NCBI GenBank assembly: GCA_965116475.1
Contig: OZ220691.1
Coordinates: 3,424,001 to 3,488,000 of the forward strand
DNA length: 64,000 nt
Direction of reading: 5' to 3'
Source: Gemmatimonadota bacterium
GTDB lineage: Bacteria > Gemmatimonadota > Gemmatimonadetes > Palauibacterales > Palauibacteraceae
Shown in pieces: positions 22,804-33,801 of this stretch; positions within the stretch are counted from its first letter, which is position 1; every line of letters begins with the position of its first letter. The notes under the pieces were generated by a model that was not told the DNA's origin, searched no databases, and worked only from the letters and a program-made list of their open reading frames with translations. The position numbers were made by a program, and so were the translations under genes.

Positions 22804-22854
22804 GTGTCCGTCAGCCCACCGATCCCGCGCCGGCCCGGAAGGGCGGCCTGCTAG
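22804..22854 (+). CDS. Putative 16-aa leader peptide abutting mreB
   Basis: GGAGGT (22789-22794), 9 nt, GTG; reads MSVSPPIPRRPGRAAC then TAG immediately before mreB ATG. Confidence 0.3.
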   Translation: MSVSPPIPRRPGRAAC

Positions 22855-23889
22855 ATGGGAACGTGGTCGCTGCGGGGCAACTTCCTGCCGATCAGCAAGA
22901 TCGGAGTGGACCTGGGGACCGCGAACACCCTCGTGCACGTCGAAGGCGAGGGCATCGTCCTCAACGAACCGTCCGTCGTTGCGGTCCGAAAGGAAACCGG
23001 CCGCATCGAGGGGATCGGCCTCGCCGCCAAGCGCATGCTCGGCCGCACCCCCAGCGGGATCGAGGCCGTTCGACCTCTGAAGGACGGCGTGATCGCCGAC
23101 GTGGACATCACCGAGATGATGATCCGCTACTTCCTCAAGGAAGTGATGACCACGCGGCTTTTCAAGATCCGGCCTCTCGTCGTCGTGGGCGTGCCGTCCG
23201 GCATCACGGAACTCGAACGCCGGGCCGTCCGGTCCAGCGCGCATGCCGCCGGCGCCAAGGAAGTCTACATGGTGGCGGAGCCGATGGCGGCGGCCGTCGG
23301 CGTCGGACTTCCGGTGGAGACGCCGACGGGCAACATGATCATCGATGTCGGGGGCGGGACGAGCGAGATCGCGGTGATCGCCCTTTCGGGATCCGTCGCG
23401 GACACTTCGATCCGGGTCGGCGGCGACGAGCTGGACTCCACGATCGTCTCCTTCCTCCGCAAGAACTACAACCTCCTCATCGGCGAACCCACGGCGGAGG
23501 CCGTCAAGATCCAGATCGGATCGGCGTATCCGACGGACGACGACAAGGAGATGCTCGTCAAGGGGCGGGATCTCGTCTCCGGCATTCCGAAGACCGTGCG
23601 GGTGCATTCGGCCGAGGTCCGCGAGTGTCTTCAGGAACCGATCCAGCAGATCGTCGCCGCGGTGCGGAGAGCGCTGGAGATCACGCCACCGGAACTTGCC
23701 TCCGATATCGTGGACCGGGGCGTCGTCATGACGGGGGGCGGCGCCCTCGTGCGGGGGCTGGATACGCTGCTGGGCGAAGAAACGGGACTCCCGATCCATG
23801 TCGATGCGGAACCGCTGACCTGTGTCGTGCGGGGCTGCGGGAAGATCCTCGAGGAATTCGGACGGTATCGTGGAGTTCTCACGAGTTGA
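22855..23889 (+). CDS. mreB: Rod shape-determining protein MreB
   Basis: GVDLGTANTL, NEPSVVA, RPLKDGVIAD, EPMAAAVG, DVGGGTSE, TGGGAL. Confidence 0.98.
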   Translation: MGTWSLRGNFLPISKIGVDLGTANTLVHVEGEGIVLNEPSVVAVRKETGRIEGIGLAAKRMLGRTPSGIEAVRPLKDGVIADVDITEMMIRYFLKEVMTTRLFKIRPLVVVGVPSGITELERRAVRSSAHAAGAKEVYMVAEPMAAAVGVGLPVETPTGNMIIDVGGGTSEIAVIALSGSVADTSIRVGGDELDSTIVSFLRKNYNLLIGEPTAEAVKIQIGSAYPTDDDKEMLVKGRDLVSGIPKTVRVHSAEVRECLQEPIQQIVAAVRRALEITPPELASDIVDRGVVMTGGGALVRGLDTLLGEETGLPIHVDAEPLTCVVRGCGKILEEFGRYRGVLTS

Positions 23890-23916
23890 CGCCGAGCGCC
23901 TGCTGAATCGCCGCCC

Positions 23917-24810
23917 GTGAGTTTTCAGGGCGTCCGGCCGCCGGGTCGCGGGCCGCTCGATGTCGTCATTTTTTCCCTTGCCCTCATCCTCAGCGGCATC
24001 GCCGCGGGTCTGCCCAGCGCGCAGCAGAGCCAGGTGGAGTCTGCCGTGCGCGCCACCGCGCTCCAACCGTTCCTGCTGCTCCATCGCCTCGCCGCCGAGC
24101 GGGGACAGGTCGAGAGCCGCGTCGAGGGCCTGCTGGCGGAGCGGGACTCCCTCACGGAACTCCTGCTGCGCTACCGGGACCGCACGGCGCCGGTCAAGGA
24201 CGCGTCGCCCGCGCGGGATCTCGCAACGCTCCCGGCGGGCTCGGCCGCGCCGGCGGTGGTCTACCCGGGGCGCCCCCGCGTCGGCAATCCGGATCTGTTC
24301 GTGTTGTCGGGACCGGACTTCGGCGGTCGCGAGTTTCCCGTCGGCGTCTTTACCGGCATCGGACTGGTCGGGGTCGTGCGAGCCCCGCACGGACGGGGGG
24401 GAAGGGGTGAATTCTGGAGCCATCCCGACTTCCGGGTCAGCGTGCTCGCGGAAGCGGAGGGCGTGTCGGGCTTCGTGCGGCCGCTGCGCGCGGACGGGGG
24501 GCAGCCCGTGCTCCTCCTCGAGGGCGCGCCCTTCCAGGCGGACATCCCGGTCGGAACCCTGCTCGTCACGACGGGGATCGCCGGCGTCTATCCGCCGGGC
24601 GTGCCGGTGGGGCGCATCCGCGAACCCGGCGAGCCGGAGGCGGGCTGGATGAAGCGCTACGTCGTCGAGCCTGCCGTGCGTCCGGAAGAAGTCAGGGACG
24701 TATTCGTGTGGAATCGGCCGGCGTTACCGGCAGACGTCGAGGCGGACACGGCGTCCGTCCCGGCGGAACCCGAACCTGCGCCGGCGGACACGGCTTCGGC
24801 CCTTCGATGA
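23917..24810 (+). CDS. mreC: Rod shape-determining protein MreC
   Basis: N-terminal TM and coiled coil, GLVGVV, LVTTGIAGVYPPGVPVG; synteny. Confidence 0.9.
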   Translation: MSFQGVRPPGRGPLDVVIFSLALILSGIAAGLPSAQQSQVESAVRATALQPFLLLHRLAAERGQVESRVEGLLAERDSLTELLLRYRDRTAPVKDASPARDLATLPAGSAAPAVVYPGRPRVGNPDLFVLSGPDFGGREFPVGVFTGIGLVGVVRAPHGRGGRGEFWSHPDFRVSVLAEAEGVSGFVRPLRADGGQPVLLLEGAPFQADIPVGTLLVTTGIAGVYPPGVPVGRIREPGEPEAGWMKRYVVEPAVRPEEVRDVFVWNRPALPADVEADTASVPAEPEPAPADTASALR

Positions 24811-25268
24811 GTTCGGCGGGGAAGTGGTTCGTCGTCGCGCTGCTGCTGATCCTGCACTTCGCCCTGCATCCGCTCTGGAGCCGGTGGCCGATCGCGCCGG
24901 ACCTCGCGGCGGGCGGGTTGATTCTGAGCTCGCTTCAGCTTCGGTGGGGACGGGGGGCCGGCTTCGGGTGCGTGATCGGCCTCATGGAAGCGTCGATCTC
25001 ACTGGGACCGATGGGCCTCACGATGTTACTCTTTTCCCTGACGGGGGCGCTCGTCGGCTGGGTGCGGCACCTGATCTACTCGGATTCGGATTACGCGACG
25101 CCGGTGTTCGTATTTTCCGGCACGTGGCTGCTGCGGCTTGCGGTCACGGTCTTTGTCGTCGGAGACGCGTCGGCGGAGGCCCTGCTCGTCCACGGCGCTG
25201 GATCGGCCGTCCTGACCACGGCGGTGTGCTGGGCCGCGACGAGGCTGGTTTCGGCGGTCACGAGGTGA
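24807..25268 (+). CDS. mreD: Rod shape-determining protein MreD
   Basis: Polytopic membrane protein with PDL motif; ATGA overlap with mreC. Confidence 0.85.
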   Translation: MSSAGKWFVVALLLILHFALHPLWSRWPIAPDLAAGGLILSSLQLRWGRGAGFGCVIGLMEASISLGPMGLTMLLFSLTGALVGWVRHLIYSDSDYATPVFVFSGTWLLRLAVTVFVVGDASAEALLVHGAGSAVLTTAVCWAATRLVSAVTR

Positions 25269-25278
25269 AGGGGAGGAT

Positions 25279-27117
25279 GTGAAGGGCGACAACGAACACC
25301 GCTCGATCCGAAGACAGCGGGGCCGCTGGGCGGCGGGCGCGATCTTCTTCTGCCTCTCGGTCGTCGCCGCCGGGTTCGTCAACCTCCAGATCTTCAGCAG
25401 CGAGTTGTACACGCTACTCTCGAGCGAGAACCGGTTGCGGACCATCTCGGTGCCGGCCCCGCGCGGGACCATCTACGACCGGTACGGACGGGTCATCGCG
25501 GATAATGTGCCGGGCTACGATGTGTCGATGCTGCCCGGGCCCCCGGACTCCATCTCCGCCGGACTCGATCGCCTCGCGGAGCGGCTGGACCTGTCCCCCG
25601 AGCGGCGCGCCGCGCTGCTGTCTCGCAATCGGGAACGTCCCGGCGAGGCTCTGGTCGTGCGTGAGAACGCGAACTTCGAACAGGTCGCGTTCATCGAGGA
25701 ACGTCGACCCCGGTTCCGGCGCGTCGTGGTGGATCAGAGGCCGCGCCGGCGCTATCCGGCGGGGCCCGCCGTCGCGCACATGGTCGGATACGTGGGGGAG
25801 ATCAGCCCGGAGGAACTGACTCGACCCGAGTACGCGGACTACGCATCCGGCCAGTCGATCGGGAAGACGGGGCTGGAGCAGCAGTACGAGCAGATGCTCG
25901 CCGGGCGGGACGGGATCCGGTACACGGAAGTGAACGCTTTGGGTTCCGTCGTGCGGGATCTCGGAGTGGCGCAGGCGCAGGTTCCGGTGCCCGGCGATGA
26001 TCTGCATCTCGGCATCGATCTCGACCTGCAGGTATATGCGGATTCGGTATTTCCGGAAGGGATGCGGGGCGGTGTCGTGGCGCTGGATCCGGTCACCGGA
26101 GAGGTGCTCCTGCTCTACAGCCACCCCACGTTCGACCCCAACGCCTTCATCGGCGGCATCCCCCTGGATCTGTGGAATTCGCTTCGCGAACACCCGGACC
26201 AGCCGCTGCTGGATCGGGTATCCAACGCTTCGTACCCTCCGGGATCCACGTGGAAGCTCGTCATGTCCGCCATCGGGATGAAGACGGCCGGCCTCACGAT
26301 CGACACCTACCACACGCACGCATGCAGCGGCCAGCTCACGTACTACACCCGCCGCTTTCGCTGCTGGCTGTCGAGCGGACACGGCCGGCTGAACCTCTCC
26401 GAAGCGATCAAGCACTCCTGCAACGTCTGGTTCTACCAGGCGGGGCAGCGGATCGGTCTCGACCCGCTCCTCGCCGGGGTCGGGCAGTTCGGCTTCGGGC
26501 GCACGACGGGGATCGACCTCCCGGTCGAGAGGGTGGGCGTCTTCCCCGATTCCAGGCAGTGGTACGACGAACAGCTCGGGCCCGGGGCGTGGACGGAAGC
26601 CGTCGTGTGGAACCTCGCGATCGGGCAGGGCGAGAACGCGCAGACCCTGCTCGCGATGGCCCAGTTCTACGCGGCGCTGGCGACGGGAAGGGCGCCCGTC
26701 AGACCCCACGTGGTGCGGGACGAGATGCTCGCGCAGCAGCGCGCGGACTGGACGCTGGACCTCCCTGAGATGCAGCGGCGCCAACTCGTCGATGCGCTGG
26801 CGCGTGTCGTGAACGAGCCCGGGGGCACCGCGTACGGCAGCCGCCTGGCCCGCTGGACGCTGGCCGGCAAGACCGGCACGGCCCAGAATCCGCACGGCCC
26901 GCCCCATTCCTGGTTCGTGGGGTTCGCGCCCGCCTGGGATCCCCGCATCGTGGTCGCGGCGATCGTGGAGCACGGGCACCCGGATGGAGCCCCGTCGCTC
27001 GCCGTGCCGCTCGCGTCCGGGATCGTGGACCGCCACCTGGAGACGCTCGGGCTGTCGCCGGAGGAAATGCCGGGCGTGCGTCCGATGGAAACGCTTCGGG
27101 TGCCGGCCGGCGGATGA
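25279..27117 (+). CDS. mrdA: Penicillin-binding protein 2
   Basis: APRGTIYDR, YPPGSTWK (SxxK), SCN, GKTGTAQ. Confidence 0.96.
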   Translation: MKGDNEHRSIRRQRGRWAAGAIFFCLSVVAAGFVNLQIFSSELYTLLSSENRLRTISVPAPRGTIYDRYGRVIADNVPGYDVSMLPGPPDSISAGLDRLAERLDLSPERRAALLSRNRERPGEALVVRENANFEQVAFIEERRPRFRRVVVDQRPRRRYPAGPAVAHMVGYVGEISPEELTRPEYADYASGQSIGKTGLEQQYEQMLAGRDGIRYTEVNALGSVVRDLGVAQAQVPVPGDDLHLGIDLDLQVYADSVFPEGMRGGVVALDPVTGEVLLLYSHPTFDPNAFIGGIPLDLWNSLREHPDQPLLDRVSNASYPPGSTWKLVMSAIGMKTAGLTIDTYHTHACSGQLTYYTRRFRCWLSSGHGRLNLSEAIKHSCNVWFYQAGQRIGLDPLLAGVGQFGFGRTTGIDLPVERVGVFPDSRQWYDEQLGPGAWTEAVVWNLAIGQGENAQTLLAMAQFYAALATGRAPVRPHVVRDEMLAQQRADWTLDLPEMQRRQLVDALARVVNEPGGTAYGSRLARWTLAGKTGTAQNPHGPPHSWFVGFAPAWDPRIVVAAIVEHGHPDGAPSLAVPLASGIVDRHLETLGLSPEEMPGVRPMETLRVPAGG

Positions 27118-28328
27118 TCGACCGCCTGCGCATCCCCGGAGTGGGCGATCCGGTGCTTCTCGGGCTGGTCCTGTTCATGACCGGGCTCGGGATCGCGATG
27201 ATCTACTCGGCCGGGCAGGTCGACGTGCAGTCGCTGGCCACCGGCATCTGGGTCCGCCAGCTCTACTGGTTCGGCGTGGCGATCGTCGCCCTGGCCGTGA
27301 CCTCCCGTTTCTCGCTGCGTTTCCTCGAATGGCTGGCCCCGTGGGTGTACGGGATCACGATCCTCCTCCTCGTCCTGGTGTTCTTCGTCGGGACGGGCCC
27401 GAACGGGAGCTGGCTCGAACTCGGCCCCGGGCGGCTGCAGCCGGCGGAAGTCGCGAAGCTGGGGACGATCCTCATGCTGGCGCGCGTGATGGGAGGCGCG
27501 CGTGGACCGTTCGAGCGACTGGTGGAGCTCTGGATGCCCGGCGTCATCACGCTCGTCCCGTTCGTCCTCGTGCTGCTGCAACCGGACCTCGGGAGCGCGA
27601 TGATCTTCGGGGCGCTCTTCCTCGCGGCGCTGTTCTGGAGCGGCGTCCCGTTGCCCAAGATCTTCCTGCTCGCGTCGCCGGGCCTAAGTCTCCTGCTCGG
27701 CTTCAACTGGATCGCCTGGGGCCTGGGATTCCTCATCGTCGCGGCCTGCCTGTACGTGCACCGCCTCTTCATCCTGGAGGCGGTGGGGGTGCTCCTCGCC
27801 AACGTCTTCGCGGGCGCGCTCACGCTCCGCATATGGGATTCGCTGGCCGACTATCAGCGGAACCGGCTCCTCGTCTTCCTGGATCCGGAGATCGATCCCC
27901 TCGGCGCCGGCTGGCATCTCATCCAGTCGAAGGTCGCCATCGGCTCCGGCGGACTCATCGGCGCCGGCTTCGCCAACGGCCCGCAGAAGCGGCTCGCCTT
28001 CCTCCCCGAGCAGCATACGGACTTCATCTTCTCCGTCGTCGGAGAGGAGTTCGGATTCATCGGCGTGATGCTGTTCCTCGTGCTCTTCGCCTTCCTCCTC
28101 TGGCGCGTGCTTCGGGTGGCATCCTCGATGGACGACGGGTTCGGAAGCCTGATCGCATTCTGCCTGTTTGCGGTCCTCCTGACGCACATCGCGGTCAACC
28201 TCGGGATGGCGGTCGGCATGATGCCGGTGACCGGACTGCCCTTGCCGCTCCTCAGCTACGGGGGGAGCTTCCTGCTCGTGCTCTACGCGGGTTTCGGAGT
28301 CGTCCAGCGCGTGGCCTGGGAGGCCTGA
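27114..28328 (+). CDS. rodA: SEDS peptidoglycan polymerase RodA
   Basis: LQPAEVAK, QPDLGSA, QSKVAIGSGG, PEQHTDFIF, PLLSYGGS. Confidence 0.96.
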   Translation: MIDRLRIPGVGDPVLLGLVLFMTGLGIAMIYSAGQVDVQSLATGIWVRQLYWFGVAIVALAVTSRFSLRFLEWLAPWVYGITILLLVLVFFVGTGPNGSWLELGPGRLQPAEVAKLGTILMLARVMGGARGPFERLVELWMPGVITLVPFVLVLLQPDLGSAMIFGALFLAALFWSGVPLPKIFLLASPGLSLLLGFNWIAWGLGFLIVAACLYVHRLFILEAVGVLLANVFAGALTLRIWDSLADYQRNRLLVFLDPEIDPLGAGWHLIQSKVAIGSGGLIGAGFANGPQKRLAFLPEQHTDFIFSVVGEEFGFIGVMLFLVLFAFLLWRVLRVASSMDDGFGSLIAFCLFAVLLTHIAVNLGMAVGMMPVTGLPLPLLSYGGSFLLVLYAGFGVVQRVAWEA

Positions 28329-29165
28329 GTGTCCTGGTTCAGCAAACCGAAGCGCAAGCTGGTTTCACAGAAGCGTGAGCTCCCGGGCGACGTGTGGGAC
28401 CGGTGCGCCGGGTGCGGCGAGATCCTCTACAGCGGGCGGCTGGAGGAGAACCTCCATGTCTGTCCGAACTGCGGCCATCACTTCCGCATCACCGCGGAGT
28501 CCTACGAGGCCATGCTGCTCGACGGCGGTAGTCTCGCGGAACTCCACGACGAGCACCTGCGCTCCGCCGACCCGCTGGGATTCGTCGATTCTCGCAGCTA
28601 CGCCGAACGCATCGCGCAGGCGGAGCAGCGCGGCGGCGATCAGGATGCGATCCGCACGGGGCGCGGCGAGATCGGAGGCCGGGAAGTCCACCTCGGGACC
28701 ATGGACTTCCGTTTCATCGGGGGGTCGATGGGGTCGGTGGTGGGCGAGAAGATCCGCCGACTCGCCGACCGCTCCCTCGAGCGGCGGGTGCCGCTCATCA
28801 TCATCTCCGCTTCCGGCGGCGCGCGGATGCAGGAGGGGATTCTCTCCCTCATGCAGATGGGAAAGACGGCGGCCGCGCTCGAGCAGCTCGCGGGTGCCGG
28901 CATCCCCTACTTGAGCGTCCTCACGAACCCGACCACGGGCGGGGTGACGGCGTCATACGCGATGCTTGGGGATGTGATTCTTGCGGAACCCGGCGCCCTG
29001 ATCGGCTTTGCCGGCCCGCGCGTGATCAAGGAGACGATCCGGCAGGACCTTCCGGAGGGATTTCAGACCGCGGAGTTCCTGGAGGAGCACGGGATGATCG
29101 ACCGCATCGTCCCGCGTCCGGAGATGCGCGGCGCCCTCGCGAACCTCCTGGACCACATGTGCTGA
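28329..29165 (+). CDS. accD: Acetyl-CoA carboxylase carboxyltransferase beta subunit
   Basis: Zn finger CAGC/CPNC, GGSMGSVVGEK, SGGARMQEG, PTTGGVTAS, GFAGPRVI. Confidence 0.97.
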   Translation: MSWFSKPKRKLVSQKRELPGDVWDRCAGCGEILYSGRLEENLHVCPNCGHHFRITAESYEAMLLDGGSLAELHDEHLRSADPLGFVDSRSYAERIAQAEQRGGDQDAIRTGRGEIGGREVHLGTMDFRFIGGSMGSVVGEKIRRLADRSLERRVPLIIISASGGARMQEGILSLMQMGKTAAALEQLAGAGIPYLSVLTNPTTGGVTASYAMLGDVILAEPGALIGFAGPRVIKETIRQDLPEGFQTAEFLEEHGMIDRIVPRPEMRGALANLLDHMC

Positions 29166-30475
29166 CCGGGGGCAGGGACGCCCTCGCGACCCTGCTGGAT
29201 CCCCGCCCGATCACCGGAATCCGCTGGGGTCTCGACCGAATCGAAGCGCTCCTGGCGGAACTGGGCCGGCCCGAGAGGATGTTCGACGCCCTTCACATTG
29301 CGGGTACGAACGGCAAGGGGTCGACCGCGTGCTTCGCGGCGTCGATGCTCGAGGAGGGCGGGGCCCGCACGGGCCTCTACACTTCGCCGCACCTCGAGGA
29401 CGTTCGGGAGCGGTTTCTGATCGACGGGGCCCGGGTGGAGGAGTCGGCGCTCCAGTCCGCCGCCGCCCGCGTCCTCGGTTGCGGGACCGCCGCGGCCTGC
29501 ACGTACTTCGAGCTGGCCACCGCGCTCGCCTTCACCTGCTTCGCGGAGTGCGGCGTGGAGGTGGCGGTCGTCGAGACCGGCCTCGGAGGCCGCCTCGACG
29601 CGACGAACGTGCTGCGCCCCGCCGGCACGGCGATCACGCCGATCGGCCTCGACCACACGGAATGGCTCGGCGGATCGCTCGAGGCGATCGCGAGGGAGAA
29701 GGGGGGGATCTTCAAGCCGGACGCGCCGGCCTGCCTGGGCCGCATCGACCCGCTTCCGCTCGCCGCGCTCGAGCGGGCCGCACGCGGCGTCGGAGCACCG
29801 GTCGCGCGCCTCGGTAGAGACGCTGAAGTATCGGATGTCGAGGTGCGCACCGATCCGGCGGAGACGCACTTCCGGTATGTTTCGAGGTCACGTCCCGAGG
29901 GGGTGCGGCTCGCGACCCGCCTCCCGGGCCGACACCAGGCCGACAACGCGGCGCTGGCCCTCCTGCTGCTGGACCGCTCCGGCTATCCGCCGGACGAAGG
30001 CTCCGTGCGCCGCGGGGTCGCGCGCGCGCGCTTGGCCGGCCGTTTCGAGGTCCGGCCTCCGCGGGACGGACGCCCGGGCTGCGTGTTCGATATCGCGCAC
30101 AATCCGGCCGCCATCGCGGCACTCTGCGAGACGCTGGCGGAGCTGTCGCTGGCGCGGCCGCTCGTCGCCGTGGTCGGGATGCTGGCGGACAAGGACTGGA
30201 AGCGGACGCTGGCCCGGCTCGCGCTTGACAGCGACACTATGATTCTGACCCGACCCGCCGTTCCCGCGGAGAGACGGTGGGACCCGTCCCGGGCGCGCGA
30301 GTGGCTGTCGCGTGAACGGGGTGTCGAAGCGATAGTGTTCAGGGACGTGGCCGGGGCGGTCTCACGCGGACTGACGCTTGCCGGTTCGGGAACGCTGCTG
30401 GTCACGGGATCCGCAACTACCGTCGGCGAGGCCCGGTCATTGCCGGAACTTGCCGGCGAACGGACAGGAGAATGA
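29159..30475 (+). CDS. folC: Folylpolyglutamate synthase/dihydrofolate synthase
   Basis: HIAGTNGKGST, YTSPHL, ETGLGGRLDATN, DIAHNP. Confidence 0.95.
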   Translation: MLTGGRDALATLLDPRPITGIRWGLDRIEALLAELGRPERMFDALHIAGTNGKGSTACFAASMLEEGGARTGLYTSPHLEDVRERFLIDGARVEESALQSAAARVLGCGTAAACTYFELATALAFTCFAECGVEVAVVETGLGGRLDATNVLRPAGTAITPIGLDHTEWLGGSLEAIAREKGGIFKPDAPACLGRIDPLPLAALERAARGVGAPVARLGRDAEVSDVEVRTDPAETHFRYVSRSRPEGVRLATRLPGRHQADNAALALLLLDRSGYPPDEGSVRRGVARARLAGRFEVRPPRDGRPGCVFDIAHNPAAIAALCETLAELSLARPLVAVVGMLADKDWKRTLARLALDSDTMILTRPAVPAERRWDPSRAREWLSRERGVEAIVFRDVAGAVSRGLTLAGSGTLLVTGSATTVGEARSLPELAGERTGE

Positions 30476-30481
30476 CAAGAG

Positions 30482-30904
30482 ATGCTGTACGATCCCAGGC
30501 TGGTACAACCGATGCGAGACGAACTCACCCGCCTCGGCGTGCGTGAGCTCAGGACCTCCGATGAAGTGGACGACGCCCTCGGGGCCGGCGGGGAGACGCT
30601 GGTCGTCGTGAACTCCGTCTGCGGCTGCGCGGCGCGCAACGCGCGGCCCGCCGTGGCGATGGCGATGGGCCACGGACAGCAGCCCGACCGCGTCGTCACG
30701 GTCTTCGCCGGGCAGGACGTGGAGGCGACGGCGCGCGCGCGGCAGTACTTTACCGGCGTCCGACCCTCTTCGCCCTCCCTCGCGCTGCTCTCGAACGGCG
30801 AACTGCAGTTCATGCTCGAGCGGCATCAGATCGAGGGCCGCGAGGCGCGCGACATCGCGGCCGACCTCACAAAGGCGTACGACCAATACTGCGCGACGAG
30901 CTAG
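30482..30904 (+). CDS. BrxA/BrxB family bacilliredoxin
   Basis: PMRDELT, VNSVCGCAA (CGC motif), TVFAGQD.EAT, PSSPS, RHQIEGR. Confidence 0.9.
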   Translation: MLYDPRLVQPMRDELTRLGVRELRTSDEVDDALGAGGETLVVVNSVCGCAARNARPAVAMAMGHGQQPDRVVTVFAGQDVEATARARQYFTGVRPSSPSLALLSNGELQFMLERHQIEGREARDIAADLTKAYDQYCATS

Positions 30905-30947
30905 CGGCGCGGGTTTCCTGCGGCGGGCCGCCGACGCGCTACGGCCC

Positions 30948-32264
30948 GTGAGTTCGGGCGACATCCGCGGCCTGCCCGGTTTTCGAGATTTCTTTCCCGA
31001 GGAACTCGCCCTTCGCCGACACATCTTCTCGGCCTGGCGGAGGGTCGGCGCCCGCTACGGGTTCACGGAGTACGACGGACCGCCGCTCGAGGCGCTCGAA
31101 CTCTACACGCGGAAGTCCGGCGAAGAGATCGTAGGCCAGCTGTACGAGTTCGCGGACAAGGGGGGGCGGGCGGTGGCGCTGCGGCCCGAGATGACGCCCA
31201 CGTTCGCGCGCATGATCGCCACCCGCGCCGCCGGACTCGCGAAGCCGGTACGCTGGTTCTCGATCCCGCAGCTCTTCCGCTACGAGCGGCCGCAACGCGG
31301 CCGTCTCCGCGAGCACTTCCAGCTCAACATGGACATCGTCGGCGAGACGAACCCGCTCGCCGATGCGGAGATCATCGGCGCGGGCATCGACGCGCTGCGG
31401 GAACTCGGCCTGGGGCCCGCGGACATCGTGGTCCGCATCTCGGATCGGCGTCTCATCGGCGCGCTCCTCGACGCGCACGGCATCTCCGGCGGGGACCATG
31501 TTTCGGTGTTCGGCGCCCTCGACCGGCTCGAGAAGGAGGGGGAGGACGGGGTCCGCCGGCGCCTCGCCGCAGAGGGCGTGAAGGGGGAAGCGGCGATCCG
31601 GTTGCTGGCGTCCATCCGGCTCCCCCTGGAGGAGCTGGCGGCGGCGCACGGGGGGGACGAAGCGATCGCCGAGGCGGCCGGCCGGCTGTCCACCGTGTTC
31701 GCGCATCTGGGCGCGGCCGGGTTCGGCGACTTCGTGAGATTCGACGCGGGCCTGGTCCGCGGGCTCGCCTACTACACGGGGACCGTGTTCGAGATATGGG
31801 ACCGCCGCGACGAGCTGCGCGCGATCTGCGGTGGCGGCCGCTACGATGACCTGCTGAAGGCGCTGGGAGGCGTGGATCTTCCGGCTCTCGGGTTCGGCAT
31901 GGGGGATGTGGTCCTCGCGGAGCTGCTCAGGGACCGGGGACTTGTGCCCGTCGCGGCGCGCCGCGTGGACGACTACATCGTCTGCGTCTCCGATGCGGAG
32001 CGGCCGCTGGCGCTCGGCATCGCCCGTGCGCTGCGCGACCGGGGACGGCAGGTGCTCTACGACCTGCGTCCGCGCGCGGTCGGACGCCAGTTCAAGGCCG
32101 CGCACCAGGCGGGCGCCGGCCGCGCCGTCGTGCTCGGGCCGCGGGAAGCGGAGCGGGGCGTCGCGGTACTCCGCGACATGGCCTCCGGCGAGGAACGGGA
32201 AGTGGCGATCGAGACCCTGACCCGGCCGCCCTCCGGCGAAGCGAGACGAGAGGAAGTGCCATGA
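30948..32264 (+). CDS. hisS: Histidine--tRNA ligase
   Basis: [44 protein letters not shown]. Confidence 0.97.
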   Translation: MSSGDIRGLPGFRDFFPEELALRRHIFSAWRRVGARYGFTEYDGPPLEALELYTRKSGEEIVGQLYEFADKGGRAVALRPEMTPTFARMIATRAAGLAKPVRWFSIPQLFRYERPQRGRLREHFQLNMDIVGETNPLADAEIIGAGIDALRELGLGPADIVVRISDRRLIGALLDAHGISGGDHVSVFGALDRLEKEGEDGVRRRLAAEGVKGEAAIRLLASIRLPLEELAAAHGGDEAIAEAAGRLSTVFAHLGAAGFGDFVRFDAGLVRGLAYYTGTVFEIWDRRDELRAICGGGRYDDLLKALGGVDLPALGFGMGDVVLAELLRDRGLVPVAARRVDDYIVCVSDAERPLALGIARALRDRGRQVLYDLRPRAVGRQFKAAHQAGAGRAVVLGPREAERGVAVLRDMASGEEREVAIETLTRPPSGEARREEVP

Positions 32265-33796
32265 GTCGCGTCCTCATCCTCGATTTCGGGTCCCAGTTCA
32301 CCCAGCTCATCGCGCGGCGCATCCGCGAGGAGGGCGTGTACTGCGAGGTGCACCCGCCGACCCGGAGCCCCGCGTGGGTCCGCCGCTACGACCCGGCGGC
32401 GATCGTCCTTTCCGGGGGACCGGCGAGCGTCTACGACGAGGGCGTCCCCACGGCCCACCCGGAAACGCTCGCCATGGGCGTCCCGATCCTCGGGATCTGC
32501 TACGGGATGCAGCTCGTGGCGGACCTCGTCGGGGGCGAGGTGCAGCAGGCCGAGCGCCGGGAGTACGGGCGCGCCGAGCTCAGGGTCCGGTCGGCGGACC
32601 CCCTCTTTCACGGGTTCGCCGATGACGAGTCCACACAGGTCTGGATGAGCCACGGCGACTCCCTCCACGCGCTGCCGCCGGGCTTCGAGGTCTCGGCGAC
32701 CACCGACAACTCCATCGCCGCGATTCGATCCGAGGAGCGCCGGATCTGGGGGGTGCAGTTCCACCCTGAAGTCGCCCATACGACGCGCGGCGGGGAGATG
32801 CTGCGGAACTTCCTGTTCGAGATCGCCGGCTGCGAGATGAGCTGGAACGCCGCGAACATCATCGATCACCAGCTCGCCGCGGTTCGGGAGACCGTGGGGG
32901 ACGCCCAGGTGATCTGCGGACTCTCCGGCGGCGTGGACAGCTCCGTCGCCGCCACGCTGGTGCAGCGGGCGGTGGGAGACCGGCTCACCTGCATCTTCGT
33001 CGACACGGGCCTGCTGCGGAAGGGCGAGCGCGACGCCGTGGAGGCGGTGTTCGGCGAACGCATGGGGATGCGGCTCGAGGTCGTCGACGCGGCGGATCTC
33101 TTTCTCGACCGCCTCGCCGGCGTCGAGGAACCCGAGGAGAAGCGGGTGATCATCGGTCACACGTTCATCGACGTGTTCGAGGAGGCGGCGGGCCGGCACG
33201 GCGACGCGCGTTTCCTCGTGCAGGGAACGCTTTACCCCGACGTCATCGAATCCGTCTCCGTGTGGGGACCGTCGGTGAAGATCAAGTCCCATCACAACGT
33301 GGGCGGCCTCCGTCCCGACCACCCCTTCGAACTCATCGAGCCTCTCCGTGAACTCTTCAAGGACGAGGTGCGCGCCGTGGGCCGCGAACTCGGGCTTTCG
33401 GAGGAGATCGTGGGGCGCCACCCGTTTCCGGGGCCGGGCCTGGGGATCCGCATCCTGGGCGACGTGACGCGGGAGAAACTCGCCACGCTGCGGGAAGTGG
33501 ATGCCATCTACCTCGAGGGGATTCGCGACGCGGGGCTCTACGATGAGATATGGCAGGCGTTCGCCGTCCTGCTGCCCGTCCAGTCGGTCGGTGTCATGGG
33601 CGATGCGCGCACGTACGAGAACGTCGTCGCGCTGCGCGCCGTGACCTCCCTGGATGGGATGACGGCCGACTGGTTCCAGTTCCCCCACGATGTGCTGGGC
33701 CGGATTTCGAACCGCATCATCAACGAGGTGAAGGGCGTGAACCGGGTGACGTACGACGTGTCGTCGAAGCCGCCCGCCACCATCGAGTGGGAGTAG
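32261..33796 (+). CDS. guaA: GMP synthase (glutamine-hydrolysing)
   Basis: [51 protein letters not shown]. Confidence 0.99.
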   Translation: MSRVLILDFGSQFTQLIARRIREEGVYCEVHPPTRSPAWVRRYDPAAIVLSGGPASVYDEGVPTAHPETLAMGVPILGICYGMQLVADLVGGEVQQAERREYGRAELRVRSADPLFHGFADDESTQVWMSHGDSLHALPPGFEVSATTDNSIAAIRSEERRIWGVQFHPEVAHTTRGGEMLRNFLFEIAGCEMSWNAANIIDHQLAAVRETVGDAQVICGLSGGVDSSVAATLVQRAVGDRLTCIFVDTGLLRKGERDAVEAVFGERMGMRLEVVDAADLFLDRLAGVEEPEEKRVIIGHTFIDVFEEAAGRHGDARFLVQGTLYPDVIESVSVWGPSVKIKSHHNVGGLRPDHPFELIEPLRELFKDEVRAVGRELGLSEEIVGRHPFPGPGLGIRILGDVTREKLATLREVDAIYLEGIRDAGLYDEIWQAFAVLLPVQSVGVMGDARTYENVVALRAVTSLDGMTADWFQFPHDVLGRISNRIINEVKGVNRVTYDVSSKPPATIEWE

Positions 33797-33801
33797 CCGC
33801 C

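Noticed and set aside
30225..30243. TTGACA and TATGAT inside folC as an internal promoter for brx
   Set aside because: Only 7 nt apart, incompatible with sigma70 spacing
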